DNA of 64,000 bases from Dimorphilus gyrociliatus. Its lineage: Eukaryota; Animalia; Annelida. Position 1 is the first letter of the stretch; every line of letters starts with the position of its first letter. The notes beneath the pieces were generated by a model that saw nothing but the letters and a program-made list of their open reading frames with translations, did no database searches and was not told the origin of the DNA. Of the stretch, positions 61,467-64,000 are shown piece by piece. The translations under genes and the position numbers were made by a program. The DNA is taken from NCBI GenBank assembly GCA_904063045.1, contig CAJFCJ010000002.1, positions 1,324,422 to 1,388,421 on the forward strand. Direction: 5' to 3'.

Positions 61467-64000
61467 CTTCTTAGTGTTTATTAGAGAACGAACCATGATT
61501 GTAATTTCCAATTAAGCCTGTAGGTGTTGTACATATAGTTCCGGTAATGGAGGAGAGTTTCGTCATTATCTCTATTCCATCCTCTAATTGTATAATTAAT
61601 GATAAACATTTTTCTATGAAAATATAAATTAGTTAACTAACCGCTTGCTGCTAATGGAGTGAAAATGTCCAAATGACCTTTCTGTTCTGGGGTTAGAATG
61701 TTTGTTGCCAAAGTCTTTAGGAAATCAGCTATGTCTGCGTCTTCTATTGTACGCTTTGTAACGGTTGCTCCTAATACAAGGTTTAATTTTTGAATGTCGG
61801 TATTGTGGACGAATAGGCCTATACTCCTTTATAAAAATTAATTAAAAAAGATTTAGACAAGATAAACAGAGAAAAGAATAGTTGGAAGTTTACTGTGCGC
61901 ATCTTCCAGATAAATAGGATGTCAATCGGTCAGTCAAAGCCTCTAAAGATGTTCCCTCGTATTCGTACACAATAGGTATAACGCCAAATAGAATAGCATC
62001 AACTAGTAAATCAGCTGCCGGTACCCTTGAGCTTATAAAAATAACTCGAGGATTTTCGTCTTGAGGGAATGTTTTGCTGATTGGCTTATCCGTATTTAGT
62101 CTTGTCCTTGCGGATTTTAGAAGGGGATAATTTCCACCTCCTGTTAAATTTGTGCCCGTTTTAATGGGATGTGTTACAGGTACGGGAGGTTCCCATGGCT
62201 GCTGCACTAATTCCATCATACGCTTTTCTTTGAAAGATTCAATTTCTAAAGATTGGGATAGCGGAACTCTCTGCGATCTTTGACTAAAATCATATTCTTC
62301 TTCAGACTGAAATATACATAAACAATCAAGCATTAATTATGAATGGTGAGCATAATTTATCTTTCTATAAAAGTTAGTACGGTTTTTATTCTATTCTCCG
62401 ATTTACGTGATTCACTACGAAGACCGTAGTCAATAAGTTTTGTTGTTGATGGAAGAGATTGAGTCAGCTTGTTTAATTCTATACCAAATTTATTATGATG
62501 CAACGTTAACGATTGGGGTATCTAAAAATAATTTGTAATTAGCTAAAAAATTTCCTAAATGTTCCATATTTACGTTAGGATCATTAGGATTAAAGTCATG
62601 TAGCATAGCTTTGGCTGTAGATTCCAAATCTTTTGGAACAACGTCTGGAGGATACCAAGGTGGTCTTGTATTTAATACTTCATCTATTAAAAAAGTCGTA
62701 AAAATTGAATATTATATATATATTTATATATATATATATATATTCACTACCGTAGTTCCTATACGTTTGGCTGACGCTTTTCCTCAAATCAGTTTTTTGC
62801 CTTTTAAGGAAGTTTGTCCCATCTCCGAATCTTCCATAAATTCTCTCCATAGACTAAAATAATTATTATAAAAAAAGCAAAGAATGTATCAATTACTTAT
62901 GGAAAAAGAAGAGAAAGAGAGAATAACTGAAAGATTCCTTTTAAAATATTCATCATAAAAAGTAAATCATTGCTCTCTTTTTGTTTGTTTTAATTAATTA
63001 ATAAATTGTTGGATTATTAATAATCAAACAAGATAAATCAATCTAGGTTCTCTTGGGTATCCATCTCTAAGGAATTGCTGGGAAAAGGGTAATAACTATA
63101 ACAATAGAAATCAAAATGCCATAATAAAAATCAATTTGTATAGCTTTTTATTCCTTTTATCTATACAAACTGGATATAAATGGCTTATCACTTTCATTAG
63201 ACTTTCGTGCGTTATCTAGATAAGTTTGTTTGTAAGAGAATACCGAAAAATTAAGTTGTACTGTTTAAAACTACTAACCGGTCCGTCCATATCTAAAGTC
63301 GATATACAACATATGTAGTGCATTTTCCAAGCTGCATTCTCGTTGTTTGAAGGAGTATAAGGTAGATACCATCCTCTCTTTACGCATTTTCCAACCCATA
63401 ATTCGTCATGTTCCGTTAAATACTTCCAATGCCAGCAAACTTGCGCAGCCCTTGAAAGAGATCGAGGATCGAGAAAGGAGAAGATATAGAGAGATAAGAA
63501 TTTCGGTAGTAAATTTGTAAAATCAACATGTTTTAGAGGCACTCTTAGCTGTTGAAAATGGCAGATATGGAATGATTAGATAGTTTTTTACTACGAGTAC
63601 TATCATATTTGCTGACACTTACATCAAACCAATTTTGTATAAAATGGAGTTGGGGCCTTTCGCATTGGCTGAGGATTCTATCAAGAAACTTTTTCCTTTG
63701 AGCATCAGTCCATAGATCAAACTATAAGAATTACAATTCGGGTTAGAAAATTCGAAGGAAAGAGAGAGGGAGAAAAAAGACGATAAGATAAAGAGATAAT
63801 AAACAAAATGAACAGATACTGATAAAGGGATAGACAGATAGAGTTTTTCACAAAGAAATTTTCTCACCCAATTTGATACTAATTCTTTTCTCTCCAAGAA
63901 TATCTGCGTTTTATAGAACGTTTATAGTTTTTCTTTTAGCATAAAAACTGGTGTGACTGCCCTCCTAGAATACTATACCTGTTCGTTTGATGGTTTGTGA
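58889..64000 (-). CDS. ECT2L: ECT2-like protein (F-box, central domain, DH-PH RhoGEF); 5' end beyond the right edge
   Basis: HKPSNEQ|IFLERKELVSNW, F-box VDFTNLLPKFLSLYIFSFLDPRSL, WYLPYTPSNNENAAWKMHYI, FISSRVPA, DH (KRTAVAKEILSSE...FCGQLKVYTNFF...LLLPSRR) and PH (LGLFLFNDA...KLNWL) all parallel human ECT2L. TAG at 58891-58889. Confidence 0.92.

Overview
Eukaryotic, AT-rich, gene-dense DNA from a bilaterian invertebrate with mostly very short GT-AG introns. The compactness suggests a miniaturised genome; the species is not determinable here. Exon models were built by hand from splice signals and reading-frame phase, and homology calls rest on recalled family motifs, not database searches. Left to right: the 5' end of a minus-strand gene leaving the window; an intronless basic orphan ORF; a small membrane ORF; an intronless SKP2-like F-box/LRR gene; eyes absent (eya) over at least 11.5 kb with a probable second internal promoter; PTPN13 (KIND-FERM-4xPDZ-PTP); an acidic protein ending in a profilin-like domain; a ROCO gene with the architecture NHR-Roc-COR-Death-TIR-CaaX; a small single-pass membrane orphan; TGFBRAP1; a FAAH-like amidase lacking its catalytic triad; a second orphan; a single H3/H4/H2B/H2A histone quartet; and ECT2L running off the right edge. 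There is one assembly gap (15610-16026). No tRNA, rRNA, CRISPR array or transposase was recognised. The best novel-system candidate is the prenylatable Roc-COR/Death/TIR protein. Next are the profilin fusion, the pseudo-amidase, the mixed stem-loop/poly(A) histone quartet with a shared three-motif promoter module, and the short eya N-terminus.
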